A stretch of DNA of 40,464 nucleotides from an uncultured Pelagibacterales bacterium (GTDB taxonomy: Bacteria; Pseudomonadota; Alphaproteobacteria; Pelagibacterales; Pelagibacteraceae). Each line of letters opens with the position of its first letter. Within the stretch, counting starts at the first letter, position 1. Positions 7,914 to 16,652 of this stretch are shown piece after piece. A model generated the notes under the pieces. It was not told where the DNA came from. It saw nothing but the letters and a program-made list of their open reading frames with translations, and did no database searches. The translations under genes and the position numbers were made by a program. Location of the stretch: contig CAJVZX010000001.1 in assembly GCA_913020625.1 (NCBI GenBank), forward strand, positions 1-40,464. Direction: 5' to 3'.

Positions 7914-10019
7914 TTAATCCCAAACGTATTTATACTTATTTTTTTTATCGAAGGTTTTGAATAATATATATTCTGATATGATAGAATTATTAAATATAGA
8001 GAAATACTTTCTCTTACCATTTCTTGAAATTTTATTTATTTTATTGATATTTCCATGTAATTTATCTATTTGGTTTAACAAATCCTCAACATTGTTATAA
8101 AAACCCATTTCATCATTACTAAAAAAATCAAAAAACCTAGTTTTTCTATCAATAAATGTCATTATACCGTTAGCGACTAAAGACGCTATTCTATTGCTAG
8201 AAGCATATTTTGTTGGTCTGCCTCTGCTTAGATTTAATGCCATTTTACATTTAGATAATTCATTAAAATAATGATAGTTCCACTTTGGTTGCTCATGAGC
8301 ATAGCCTAATATATTAAATGTAAATTTATTATTTTTTAGAATCATTTCATTTAAAAAAGTTTCTCTTTCATCAATGTTCCTTGGTTTTAATTTTCCATAA
8401 TTCACACCATGACTTAGTGCAAAAAAAAGATCCTTATATCTATTTTTTGAATTATATATTTCTAAATTTTCAATATTTTCATCCGCTGGAATTGGCATGT
8501 AACTTAATTTATTTTTTGGAATTCTAGTTTTAATAATATCTGGAAATGTTGTAACAAAGTAATGATCAATTAAATCTTCGTTTGACTCGATTAAATTGAG
8601 GTTATTAACATAGTTGGGGCCACCTTCTACTAAATGATCTTCATACCAGAGAGCAAATTTTGTATTATATTTTGTTCTGATTTCCTCAATTGTTTTTCTA
8701 TTCAATATATTATTGTGACCTAATAAGATTAAATCAGGCCTATAATTATCAGCTATATTAAGAAGTTTTGAATTAACATGAACATTAGTTTTCAATAATA
8801 GTTTTTTATTGAAATCTTTGTAGCTAAAATTAATGACATCATGATTATTTCGTATGAAGCCACTTGTTATTTTATTTGATATAGAAATGTTAAATAATCT
8901 ATGATTGTTTTTTTCATCAAAACTAGAAATATGTAAAATTTTCAAATTTTTATTTCTAATATAATTTATTTTTTTGGTTAAGTAATTATTTTTTAGATTA
9001 TCAATTTTTTTAGTTAAATTTTCAATTTTATGTATAACGTTATTAAAATTTTTAATTTGGATTTTTCTAAGTAGATTTTTATTTTTAATTACTTTAATTA
9101 TTAATTTTTCAAGTGTCTGTGTGTTTAGTTTATTTAAAATTAGGTTATTGTTAAATGTTTCAGGCAATCCGCCTCTGTTACTTGTAATGGTTGCACAACC
9201 ATAACCAGCTGACTCCATTGCAGTTCTACCAAAAGGTTCTTGCCATCTAGAACAAACAACGGAGATTGAACTTTTTTTATAGTAATTTAGTATTTTCTCG
9301 TGGGGTAACCAATCGATAACATTAAAATTTTTATGTATGAAATTGTGAGTCTCCCTTCTCTCATTTCCTATGGCATAAACTTTCCATTTTGTGAATTTGT
9401 TTAGAATGTTCAAAAGAGCTTTGCCAAAAATATCATAACCTTTTGAAGAATTTAGTTTGCCTGTAAATATAATTATTTTTTCTTTTTTTGGAAATTTATT
9501 TATTTTGTTTATTCCAGGATATAAAATTTCGCAATTATTTTTATATTCAAAAGGCAAACCTTCAAAAAATTTATCCATTACCCAATTGCTCACAAAATAT
9601 AATTGATCACAATTTTTTGCAATAAAAAGTCTTTCTTTCACGCTTTTAGAGAATCTCAGATCTTGCGGATTGTTATGATAAACAAAAATAAATTTACAAT
9701 TTAATTGTTTTTTTAATAAAAAAACTAAAGATTCCGGTCTGTTATGAATTTCAATTATTTCATACTTATTTTTTTTATAATGGCTATAAAATTTTTTAGT
9801 ATAAAAATAATTTTTTTTATATTTGATGTTTGAAATATCTAAATTTACAAAATTACTAGTCAGTGGTTTACACTTTCCTTCAAGATAACCAAATACTGAA
9901 GTTTTATCTTTAAGTAGACTATGTTCTAAATAGTCTTTAACCCATATAGCTGCCGCGCTAGCTTCATTTAGTGTATACTTTTCTTTATAGGGAAGAATTA
10001 TGGCTATTTCTTTTTTCAT
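7914..10019 (-). CDS. two-domain glycosyltransferase (GT4-like + CgeB-like), paralog of 1864-4023
   Basis: 701-aa ORF with E-x7-E (EPFGRTAME) and GCATITSNRGGLPET. The second domain runs from LKILHISSF and contains FFALSHGV and NLSRGRPTKYASSNRIAS. Confidence 0.7.
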   Translation of the reverse strand: MKKEIAIILPYKEKYTLNEASAAAIWVKDYLEHSLLKDKTSVFGYLEGKCKPLTSNFVNLDISNIKYKKNYFYTKKFYSHYKKNKYEIIEIHNRPESLVFLLKKQLNCKFIFVYHNNPQDLRFSKSVKERLFIAKNCDQLYFVSNWVMDKFFEGLPFEYKNNCEILYPGINKINKFPKKEKIIIFTGKLNSSKGYDIFGKALLNILNKFTKWKVYAIGNERRETHNFIHKNFNVIDWLPHEKILNYYKKSSISVVCSRWQEPFGRTAMESAGYGCATITSNRGGLPETFNNNLILNKLNTQTLEKLIIKVIKNKNLLRKIQIKNFNNVIHKIENLTKKIDNLKNNYLTKKINYIRNKNLKILHISSFDEKNNHRLFNISISNKITSGFIRNNHDVINFSYKDFNKKLLLKTNVHVNSKLLNIADNYRPDLILLGHNNILNRKTIEEIRTKYNTKFALWYEDHLVEGGPNYVNNLNLIESNEDLIDHYFVTTFPDIIKTRIPKNKLSYMPIPADENIENLEIYNSKNRYKDLFFALSHGVNYGKLKPRNIDERETFLNEMILKNNKFTFNILGYAHEQPKWNYHYFNELSKCKMALNLSRGRPTKYASSNRIASLVANGIMTFIDRKTRFFDFFSNDEMGFYNNVEDLLNQIDKLHGNINKINKISRNGKRKYFSIFNNSIISEYILFKTFDKKNKYKYVWD

Positions 10020-10267
10020 ATGTACCTATCTCTAATTATATTTCTCAATTTTCTATTTTTCTTTATATAGCGTTCTCGAATAATAGCTGCTTTCTTTATA
10101 AAATATTTTTCAATATATATTATTTTCCATTTTCTTCCTCTTGTAAATTTAGCGCCTCTCCCTTTATTGTGCAAATATAATCTCTTTCTAAGATTATTTG
10201 TGTAACCAACATAAGTTATGAATTTTGAATTCTTATTACTGCATAGGACATAAACAAAATAGGACAT
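10016..10267 (-). CDS. small stand-alone GIY-YIG domain protein (UPF0213/YhbQ-like)
   Basis: 83-aa ORF with FVYVLCS ... YVGYTNNLRKRLYLHNKG ... KFTRGRKWKIIY, matching the GIY-YIG core. Its stop overlaps the ATG of the 701-aa glycosyltransferase (ATGA). Confidence 0.7.
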   Translation of the reverse strand: MSYFVYVLCSNKNSKFITYVGYTNNLRKRLYLHNKGRGAKFTRGRKWKIIYIEKYFIKKAAIIRERYIKKNRKLRNIIRDRYI

Positions 10268-10361
10268 TAAAAAATTAAAGGAATTTCAAAACTACTATAA
10301 AAAAAATTTCTTTTAACAAAAATCATATATTTAATTGTATTAAGCTATTACGACAAGCTTT

Positions 10362-10436
10362 TGGCGGTCCCACGGGGAATCGAACCCCGATTAGGTGATT
10401 GAAAACCACCTGTCCTAACCGTTAGACGATGGGACC
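10362..10436 (-). tRNA. tRNA-Glu (anticodon UUC), CCA encoded
   Basis: The reverse complement reads GGTCCCATCGTCTAACGGTTAGGACAGGTGGTTTTCAATCACCTAATCGGGGTTCGATTCCCCGTGGGACCGCCA. The 7-bp acceptor stem is GGTCCCA/TGGGACC. The anticodon stem is GGTGG/TCACC with loop UUUUCAA, giving anticodon UUC. The T-arm is GGGGTTCGATTCCCC. Confidence 0.95.
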
Positions 10437-10551
10437 TATTAAATTATTCTTGTATTTATTATATATTGGAAACTGTTTCAATGATGATAATTTTGTTTTA
10501 TTCATGAAGAAATTCAATTTATTAAGGATTGGACGTTATTTAGCTTAGCAA

Positions 10552-12108
10552 ATGAAAATTTTACAAAAAGAAATCGAACAACTTTTAAATTTATATAAAT
10601 CTAAAAAATTGATTAAAGCAGAAAATCTTAATAGGAAGCTAATACACAATTATCCAAAAGTTGTTATTTTATATAACATTTTGGGACTTATTCTTACTGA
10701 ACAAAATAGAGTAAATGAAGCAATAGAAATATACGAAAAAGGAATTAAATTTAATCCTGAATACGCCATGATATATAATAATTTAGGAAGCATTTATAAA
10801 TCTAAGGCAGAATATAAAAGAGCAGAAAATTATTATAAAAAATCGATTAGCTTAGACAACAAAATATCAGAACCACATAATAATTTAGGAAGTCTATATC
10901 TAACACTTAATAATATTAGAAAAGCAGAACTGTCTTTTAAAAGATCATTAGCAATTAATTCGAAATTTTATATATCATATTACAATTTAGGGATTTTATA
11001 CAAAAACTTAGGTAAATTTGATGAAGCCAAAGTACATTTGCAAAAATCAATAGAATTAAATACAAATTTCTATTCTGCTCATAGAACGTTAAGTCAATTA
11101 ATTAAATATAAAAAAGACGATGATCATTTAGCCTTATTAGAAAAAATCTACCATAATTCTAAAAAAAATAATGAACAACACCCAGATATAATTTTTGCAC
11201 TTGGTAAAGCTATGGAAGATATTAAAGATTACGATAATTCATTTAAATATTACAAGGAGGCCAATAATCTTCGTAGAAAACAGATAAATTTTTCAGTAGA
11301 GAAAGAAAAAAATGAATTTGATAATATCAAGAAAATATTTAATGAAAATCTTTTTAAAAAATATGCTAATTTGGGTAATTTGAATTCTTCAGCTATATTT
11401 ATAGTTGGTATGCCAAGGTCTGGCACCACGCTTGTAGAGCAAATAATATCAAGCCATCCAAAGGTTTTTGGTGGAGATGAACTTTATTTTCTACCAGACT
11501 TAATAAAAAATAATTTTTGTATGGAGCATGGGAAATTATTATTAAAACAAAATAATAATATAAAAAAAAAGGATCTAAAATTGATAGGACAAAAATATAT
11601 CAATGATCTAATAAAAATTTCCAATAAATCTGAAAAAGTAACTGATAAACTTCCAATAAATTTCAAGTGGATTGGTCTAATAAAATTGATACTACCAAAT
11701 TCAATAATAATTCACTGTGTGAGAAATTCTAAAGATAATTGCTTATCAATTTTTAAAAATTTTTTTGCAAACAAAAGTTTAAATTTTGCCTATAATTTAG
11801 ATGAAATTACAGATTATTATTATCTCTATCATGACTTAATAAGGCATTGGAAGAAAACACTTCCTAAATTTATTGTGGATATAGAATATGAGCAAATCAT
11901 TGAAAACCCTGAACAACAAATTAGAAACTTAATAGAAAAATGTAATTTAGATTGGAATAAAAACTGTCTGAAATTTTATGAAAATAAAAGGCTCATTAAA
12001 ACAGCTAGTGATATTCAAGCTAGAAAAAAAATTTACAAAAGTTCTATTAATTCTTGGAAAAATTATAAAAAAAATCTGCAGAATTCTTTTCAGAAATTGC
12101 CAGACTAA
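10552..12108 (+). CDS. TPR-repeat / sulfotransferase fusion protein
   Basis: 518-aa ORF. The N-terminal ~200 aa are TPR repeats (YNNLGSIY, HNNLGSLY, YYNLGILY). The C-terminal sulfotransferase domain has the 5'-PSB loop GMPRSGTTL and a 3'-PB-like VRNSKDNCLS. Confidence 0.8.
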   Translation: MKILQKEIEQLLNLYKSKKLIKAENLNRKLIHNYPKVVILYNILGLILTEQNRVNEAIEIYEKGIKFNPEYAMIYNNLGSIYKSKAEYKRAENYYKKSISLDNKISEPHNNLGSLYLTLNNIRKAELSFKRSLAINSKFYISYYNLGILYKNLGKFDEAKVHLQKSIELNTNFYSAHRTLSQLIKYKKDDDHLALLEKIYHNSKKNNEQHPDIIFALGKAMEDIKDYDNSFKYYKEANNLRRKQINFSVEKEKNEFDNIKKIFNENLFKKYANLGNLNSSAIFIVGMPRSGTTLVEQIISSHPKVFGGDELYFLPDLIKNNFCMEHGKLLLKQNNNIKKKDLKLIGQKYINDLIKISNKSEKVTDKLPINFKWIGLIKLILPNSIIIHCVRNSKDNCLSIFKNFFANKSLNFAYNLDEITDYYYLYHDLIRHWKKTLPKFIVDIEYEQIIENPEQQIRNLIEKCNLDWNKNCLKFYENKRLIKTASDIQARKKIYKSSINSWKNYKKNLQNSFQKLPD

Positions 12109-12109
12109 G

Positions 12110-13858
12110 TTAATTAATAGATAGATCTTCTATAATAAATTCAATATTTTGCTTACCTCGCCATGAATTTAAAGTTATTTTTCCTGCAATATTAAATTTT
12201 TTTTTATTTTTTTGATCAAGAAATGGTTCTAATGGACCATTTTTAGCATTAAAAGCGATACTTTTAATAACTGAACCATCTTCTCCATGTAAAACAGATT
12301 TTATATGTTTGTCTGCTACAAAATTTGAATTGATTACCTTTAAATTTTTGATCGCAAATTTTGGCTCAATATTCCCTGCGCCAAAAGGAGCTAATTTACA
12401 AATCTCATGATAAAATTCTTCATTTATGGCACTTGGGGCTATCAATGAATCTAGATATAAATTTCTTATACTTGATGAATTCAATTGAGATTTTTCATAA
12501 TTATCAATTAAAAAATTTCTAAATAAACTTATATTATTTTTTTTAATAACAAATCCTCCTGCCATTTTATGTCCACCTCCTTTTTCAAGAATTTTTAATT
12601 GAGTGCCCTTAATAATATGTTTTCCGATATCAAAACCATTTACCGATCTAGCCGATCCTTTTCCCAGATTTTCATTTAATGAAATTATTATCGTTGGTTT
12701 ATTATATTTTTCTTTTATTCTTGAAGCCACAATACCAATTATTCCCTCGTGCCAACCCTCACCAGACAAAACTAATACTGGATCATTTTTAAAATTGTCG
12801 ATGAGTGAATAAACTTTTTTAAATAAAATAAACTCAATACTCTGCCTTTCTTTATTAGATTTATTTAAATCTGTTGCGATTTTATAAACTTTCTGGGGAT
12901 CGTTGGAAGATAAAAGTTCAGCACCATGGGAAGATTTTCCTACTCTGCCACCGGCATTAATTCTTGGTCCCAAAACGTAACCCAAATGATATGTGCTAGG
13001 TTCAGATTTAATTTCACACAAATCATATAAAGTTTTTAAACCCAAATTTAATCTTTTTTTTATCACTTTCAGTCCTTGAGAAACAAAAGCTCTATTCAAA
13101 TCTATAAGTGGGACAACGTCGCATACAGTAGCTAAGGAGACTAAATCTAAAAAATTTAAAATATTCGGTTCTTTTATATCGTTCTTTACAAACCAACCAG
13201 CATCTCTAAGTTTTTTATTTAAGGCTACCAAAAACATAAAACAGACACCGGCAGCGCAAAGATAATTAAGTTGTGAGGTATCGTCATATCTATTGGGGTT
13301 TACAAGAGCGCAAGCCTTTGGAAGTTTAAGATCAGATTGATGGTGGTCTAATACAATCACATCAATATTTCTATCTTGAGAATTTTTAATGGGTTCAAAT
13401 GACATTGTGCCACAATCAACGGTAATGATAAGTTTGACTTCCAAATTTATAAGATTTTCAAAACCCTTTATTGTAGGACCATATCCTTCCTTTTTTCTGT
13501 CAGGAATGTGTATATGTATTTTTTGATTTATGGATAAAAAATAACGCAACAATAACGCTGTGGATGTAGCTCCATCCACATCATAATCACCAAAAATACC
13601 TATTGATTCATTTTTGATAATACTGTGATAAATTCTATTAATTGCAACATCCATGTTTTTTAAACAGTAAGGATTTGGCATAATATTCTTAATTGCTGGA
13701 TTTAAAAAAAAATCTATATTTTTAATATCATTTTTTCTAATCGATAAAAGTTTTGCAACAATTTCGTTCAAAGTATATTCTTCACAATATTTCTCTACAT
13801 CTAAAGAACTGAATTTTTTAAATATCCAGTTCTTTCTACTGACTGAAGTAAAGTTCAT
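12110..13858 (-). CDS. recJ: single-stranded-DNA-specific exonuclease RecJ
   Basis: 582-aa ORF with DHH-family motifs DYDVDGATS, VIVLDHHQ and GGGHKMAGG (DHHA1). It lies in hom-glpX-recJ synteny. Confidence 0.9.
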   Translation of the reverse strand: MNFTSVSRKNWIFKKFSSLDVEKYCEEYTLNEIVAKLLSIRKNDIKNIDFFLNPAIKNIMPNPYCLKNMDVAINRIYHSIIKNESIGIFGDYDVDGATSTALLLRYFLSINQKIHIHIPDRKKEGYGPTIKGFENLINLEVKLIITVDCGTMSFEPIKNSQDRNIDVIVLDHHQSDLKLPKACALVNPNRYDDTSQLNYLCAAGVCFMFLVALNKKLRDAGWFVKNDIKEPNILNFLDLVSLATVCDVVPLIDLNRAFVSQGLKVIKKRLNLGLKTLYDLCEIKSEPSTYHLGYVLGPRINAGGRVGKSSHGAELLSSNDPQKVYKIATDLNKSNKERQSIEFILFKKVYSLIDNFKNDPVLVLSGEGWHEGIIGIVASRIKEKYNKPTIIISLNENLGKGSARSVNGFDIGKHIIKGTQLKILEKGGGHKMAGGFVIKKNNISLFRNFLIDNYEKSQLNSSSIRNLYLDSLIAPSAINEEFYHEICKLAPFGAGNIEPKFAIKNLKVINSNFVADKHIKSVLHGEDGSVIKSIAFNAKNGPLEPFLDQKNKKKFNIAGKITLNSWRGKQNIEFIIEDLSIN

Positions 13859-14799
13859 TTTTTTATTATATTTTTAATTATTTTATTTGTGTTACTGCTT
13901 TTGTGAAGTAGTAAAGTTTCGGCTTCGAAAGAATCACCAAGATCTTTTATACCTTTAACCATATCGCCGTTTGTGACTCCAGTAGCACAAAAAATAACAT
14001 CGCCTTTGACCATATCTTTAAGATAATACTTAGTGTTAAGTTCCTTAATACCCATTTTTTTTGCTCTATTTTTTTCATCTTCATTTTGAAATACTAGTCT
14101 AGTCTGCATTTGACAAGACAAACAGCTTAAAGCAGCAGCTGCTAGAACTCCTTCTGGACCGCCACCTATTCCTAAATATATATCAATGTATGTGCTAGGT
14201 TTAGCAACAGAAATGACACCAGATACATCACCATCAGTTATAAAATTTATCTTAACGTTCAACGAGTTTAACGCCTCTATTATTTTGTTGTGTCTTGGGC
14301 GTTTCAAAACACAGGCATTTATTTGATGTGGAGAAACATTTTTTGCGTCTGATAATAATCTAATATTTTTTTCTACAGAAAAATCAAGATCAACTAAATT
14401 TTCAGGTAGTCCAGGACCAATAGCAATTTTTTCCATATAAGTGTCTGGCGCATTAAGGAGATTGCTTTTATGAGTGACAGCGAGTACTGATAAAGCATTT
14501 GGCAAGTTTTTTGCTGTAAAATTTGTTCCTTCTAAAGGATCAACTGCAATATCAAGTTCTTCACCTCTCTTGGTTCCAACTTCCTCGTTAATATAGAGCA
14601 TCGGAGCTTCGTCTAACTCACCTTCGCCAATTACAATTTTACCTTTCATGTCAATATTATTTAATTGTTTTCTCATTTCATTAACCGCTTCACGATCGGC
14701 ACCAATTTTATCATTTTTGCCCTTAAACAGTGAAGCACCGTAGGCAGCTCTCTCAGTGGTGTGAACAAAAGAATCAATAAACTTTTTATCAATATTCAT
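13855..14799 (-). CDS. glpX: class II fructose-1,6-bisphosphatase (GlpX type)
   Basis: 314-aa ORF with TERAAYGA, GEGELDEAPMLY and AVDPLEGTNF. It overlaps the recJ start by 4 nt. Confidence 0.9.
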   Translation of the reverse strand: MNIDKKFIDSFVHTTERAAYGASLFKGKNDKIGADREAVNEMRKQLNNIDMKGKIVIGEGELDEAPMLYINEEVGTKRGEELDIAVDPLEGTNFTAKNLPNALSVLAVTHKSNLLNAPDTYMEKIAIGPGLPENLVDLDFSVEKNIRLLSDAKNVSPHQINACVLKRPRHNKIIEALNSLNVKINFITDGDVSGVISVAKPSTYIDIYLGIGGGPEGVLAAAALSCLSCQMQTRLVFQNEDEKNRAKKMGIKELNTKYYLKDMVKGDVIFCATGVTNGDMVKGIKDLGDSFEAETLLLHKSSNTNKIIKNIIKK

Positions 14800-16095
14800 T
14801 TAAACTTTTTCTATTCTAATAAAAGTAGATTTTTTTTTGACAGATTTATTGTTATTTAAATTAAAAATTAAACTATTAAAATTTTTTTCTCTAGCTTCAT
14901 GTGTTAATATAACTATAGAAGCAGTTTTATTCTTTTTATCAGGTTTTTGAATTAGATTTTTAATTGAAATTTTATTCTTGGTAAAAACTTTAGTTATCGA
15001 AGATAAAACGCCAGGTTTGTCTTTAACGTCAAAACGCAAATAAAAAGAGTTCAAGTATTGATTTTTATCATAAGTATTAATTTTTTTTCTTTTCTTAAAC
15101 GGTAATCCAAACGGATATTTAATATTACCTCTTAAAATAGATAGCAAATCAGACATAAGGGCTGAGGAAGTAGGTCCTGGTCCCGCTCCCTCACCTTGTA
15201 ATAAACTTTGTCCTACTGGTTTACCTTCAAGAATCACGGCATTCATAACTCCATTGACATTTGCTATATATGTGTCTTTTTTTATTAAACATGGATGAAC
15301 TCTTTCGAATAATTGGTTATTTATTATTTCAGTAATTCCCAGCAGTTTTATTCTAAAATTTAATTTATCTGCCATTTTAATATCCTCGAGTTCGATATTT
15401 TCTATTCCATTCATTAAACAGTTATTTTTTGAAATTTTATTATTAAATACGAGAGCAGATAATATTCTTACTTTAGCTAAAGTATCATAGCCATTCAAAT
15501 CAAATCTTGGATCTCTTGGCTCAGCGTATCCTAATATTTGAGCTTTCCTCAAGACATTAGCAAATGAATCTTTTGAACTTTCCATTTTGGAAAGTATATA
15601 ATTGCAAGTACCATTTAAAATCCCAACGACTTTATTAATTTTGTTCGTAGCTAAACCTTCTTTTATAGTTCGTAATATTGGTATCCCCCCACCAACCGAG
15701 GCTTCAAATTCTAAATTAACTTTATTTTTTTCTGCTAACGAAGAAAGATAATCGCCGTTCTTTGCTATTAAAGCTTTATTTGCAGTAATTACATGTTTTT
15801 TATTTTTTAGAGCCAGTTCAACAACTTTTTTTGATAAACCATCTGAATAACCGATTAATTCAAATACAATATCTATTCTTGGGTCTTTGGCTATATAAAT
15901 TGGATTTTTGTAAAAAATTTTTTTACTAAATTTAAAATTTCTTTTTTTATTAATGTTTTTTGCTGATATAGCAAGAATATTAACGTTTACTCCAGTTTTA
16001 ATTCCAATATCTTTTTTTTTAGATAGTATTTCTTCATACAATCTACTTCCGATTTGTCCTAATCCAATTATTCCAATATTGATATTCTTATGCAT
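14800..16095 (-). CDS. hom: homoserine dehydrogenase
   Basis: 431-aa ORF with N-terminal NAD-binding IGLGQIGS, a catalytic region (EASVGGGIPI, GILNGTCNYIL) and a C-terminal ACT-like segment. Confidence 0.9.
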   Translation of the reverse strand: MHKNINIGIIGLGQIGSRLYEEILSKKKDIGIKTGVNVNILAISAKNINKKRNFKFSKKIFYKNPIYIAKDPRIDIVFELIGYSDGLSKKVVELALKNKKHVITANKALIAKNGDYLSSLAEKNKVNLEFEASVGGGIPILRTIKEGLATNKINKVVGILNGTCNYILSKMESSKDSFANVLRKAQILGYAEPRDPRFDLNGYDTLAKVRILSALVFNNKISKNNCLMNGIENIELEDIKMADKLNFRIKLLGITEIINNQLFERVHPCLIKKDTYIANVNGVMNAVILEGKPVGQSLLQGEGAGPGPTSSALMSDLLSILRGNIKYPFGLPFKKRKKINTYDKNQYLNSFYLRFDVKDKPGVLSSITKVFTKNKISIKNLIQKPDKKNKTASIVILTHEAREKNFNSLIFNLNNNKSVKKKSTFIRIEKV

Positions 16096-16100
16096 AATAA

Positions 16101-16652
16101 TTAATTGGGTATATCGTTGACATTAGGATAAGGTTTGTGTGCATTTCTCTTAATAATTTTATTAACTAAGTTTTTAAATTCAGTATTTGCTTTATTATTC
16201 TTTATAGAAACATATTTCTTCGATGGATTTTTCTTTCTATATTGTTTTTTAGTTTTAAATCTTTTTTTTTTCTTTGCAGAACGAGATTTTTGAGCTATTT
16301 TTTTTTCATTCTTTATTTTTTTTAATTCATTTATACGAGCTTGTTTAGCTAACTTTTTTTCATTTTTAATTACTCTTTTTTTGCTTGATTTATTTTTCTT
16401 GACAAAAGTTTTACGTCGAACATTTCTTTTTTTATCTTCCAAATTCGCTTGCTCTTTTATTATCTCAAGATCTGATTTAATTATCTTATCAAATTGATCT
16501 GATTTCTTTATTTCGACTGTCATTGTTTTTTTAAAATATGCATTTTTTTCTGCAACACTGCGGCAGGCATGATCACCACACCAGTAAAGAGTAGCAGTTT
16601 TTGAACAACCAAAAAAAAGAAAACAAAAAACTAATAAATTAATATATTTCAT
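16101..16652 (-). CDS. predicted lipoprotein with polybasic (Lys/Arg-rich) C-terminal half, function unknown
   Basis: 183-aa ORF with a signal peptide plus lipobox-like FFGC. It then has a Cys-containing segment LYWCGDHACRS, followed by about 100 aa dominated by K/R with the near-repeat IKNEKKLAKQ / IKNEKKIAQK. It fills the hom-argC gap exactly (4-nt overlap, 5-nt gap). Confidence 0.55.
   Translation of the reverse strand: MKYINLLVFCFLFFGCSKTATLYWCGDHACRSVAEKNAYFKKTMTVEIKKSDQFDKIIKSDLEIIKEQANLEDKKRNVRRKTFVKKNKSSKKRVIKNEKKLAKQARINELKKIKNEKKIAQKSRSAKKKKRFKTKKQYRKKNPSKKYVSIKNNKANTEFKNLVNKIIKRNAHKPYPNVNDIPN

Larger units (their letters stand above)
973..10267 (-). other. accessory glycan-biosynthesis gene cluster (8 co-directional genes, probable single transcription unit)
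   Basis: All eight ORFs are on the minus strand. Junctions are -8, -4, +6, +10, +13, +18 and one +77 nt. Products are glycosyltransferases plus a sugar oxidation/amination/formylation cassette. The cluster is bounded by tRNA-Glu on one side and a recombinase on the other. Confidence 0.7.

Noticed and set aside
7904-8020. N-terminal 39-aa extension of the formyltransferase ORF, overlapping the 701-aa glycosyltransferase by 107 nt
   Set aside because: The extension has no similarity to formyltransferase N-termini. The ATG at 7903 gives the expected MYICIAGKN Rossmann-like start and a 10-nt gap to the upstream stop.
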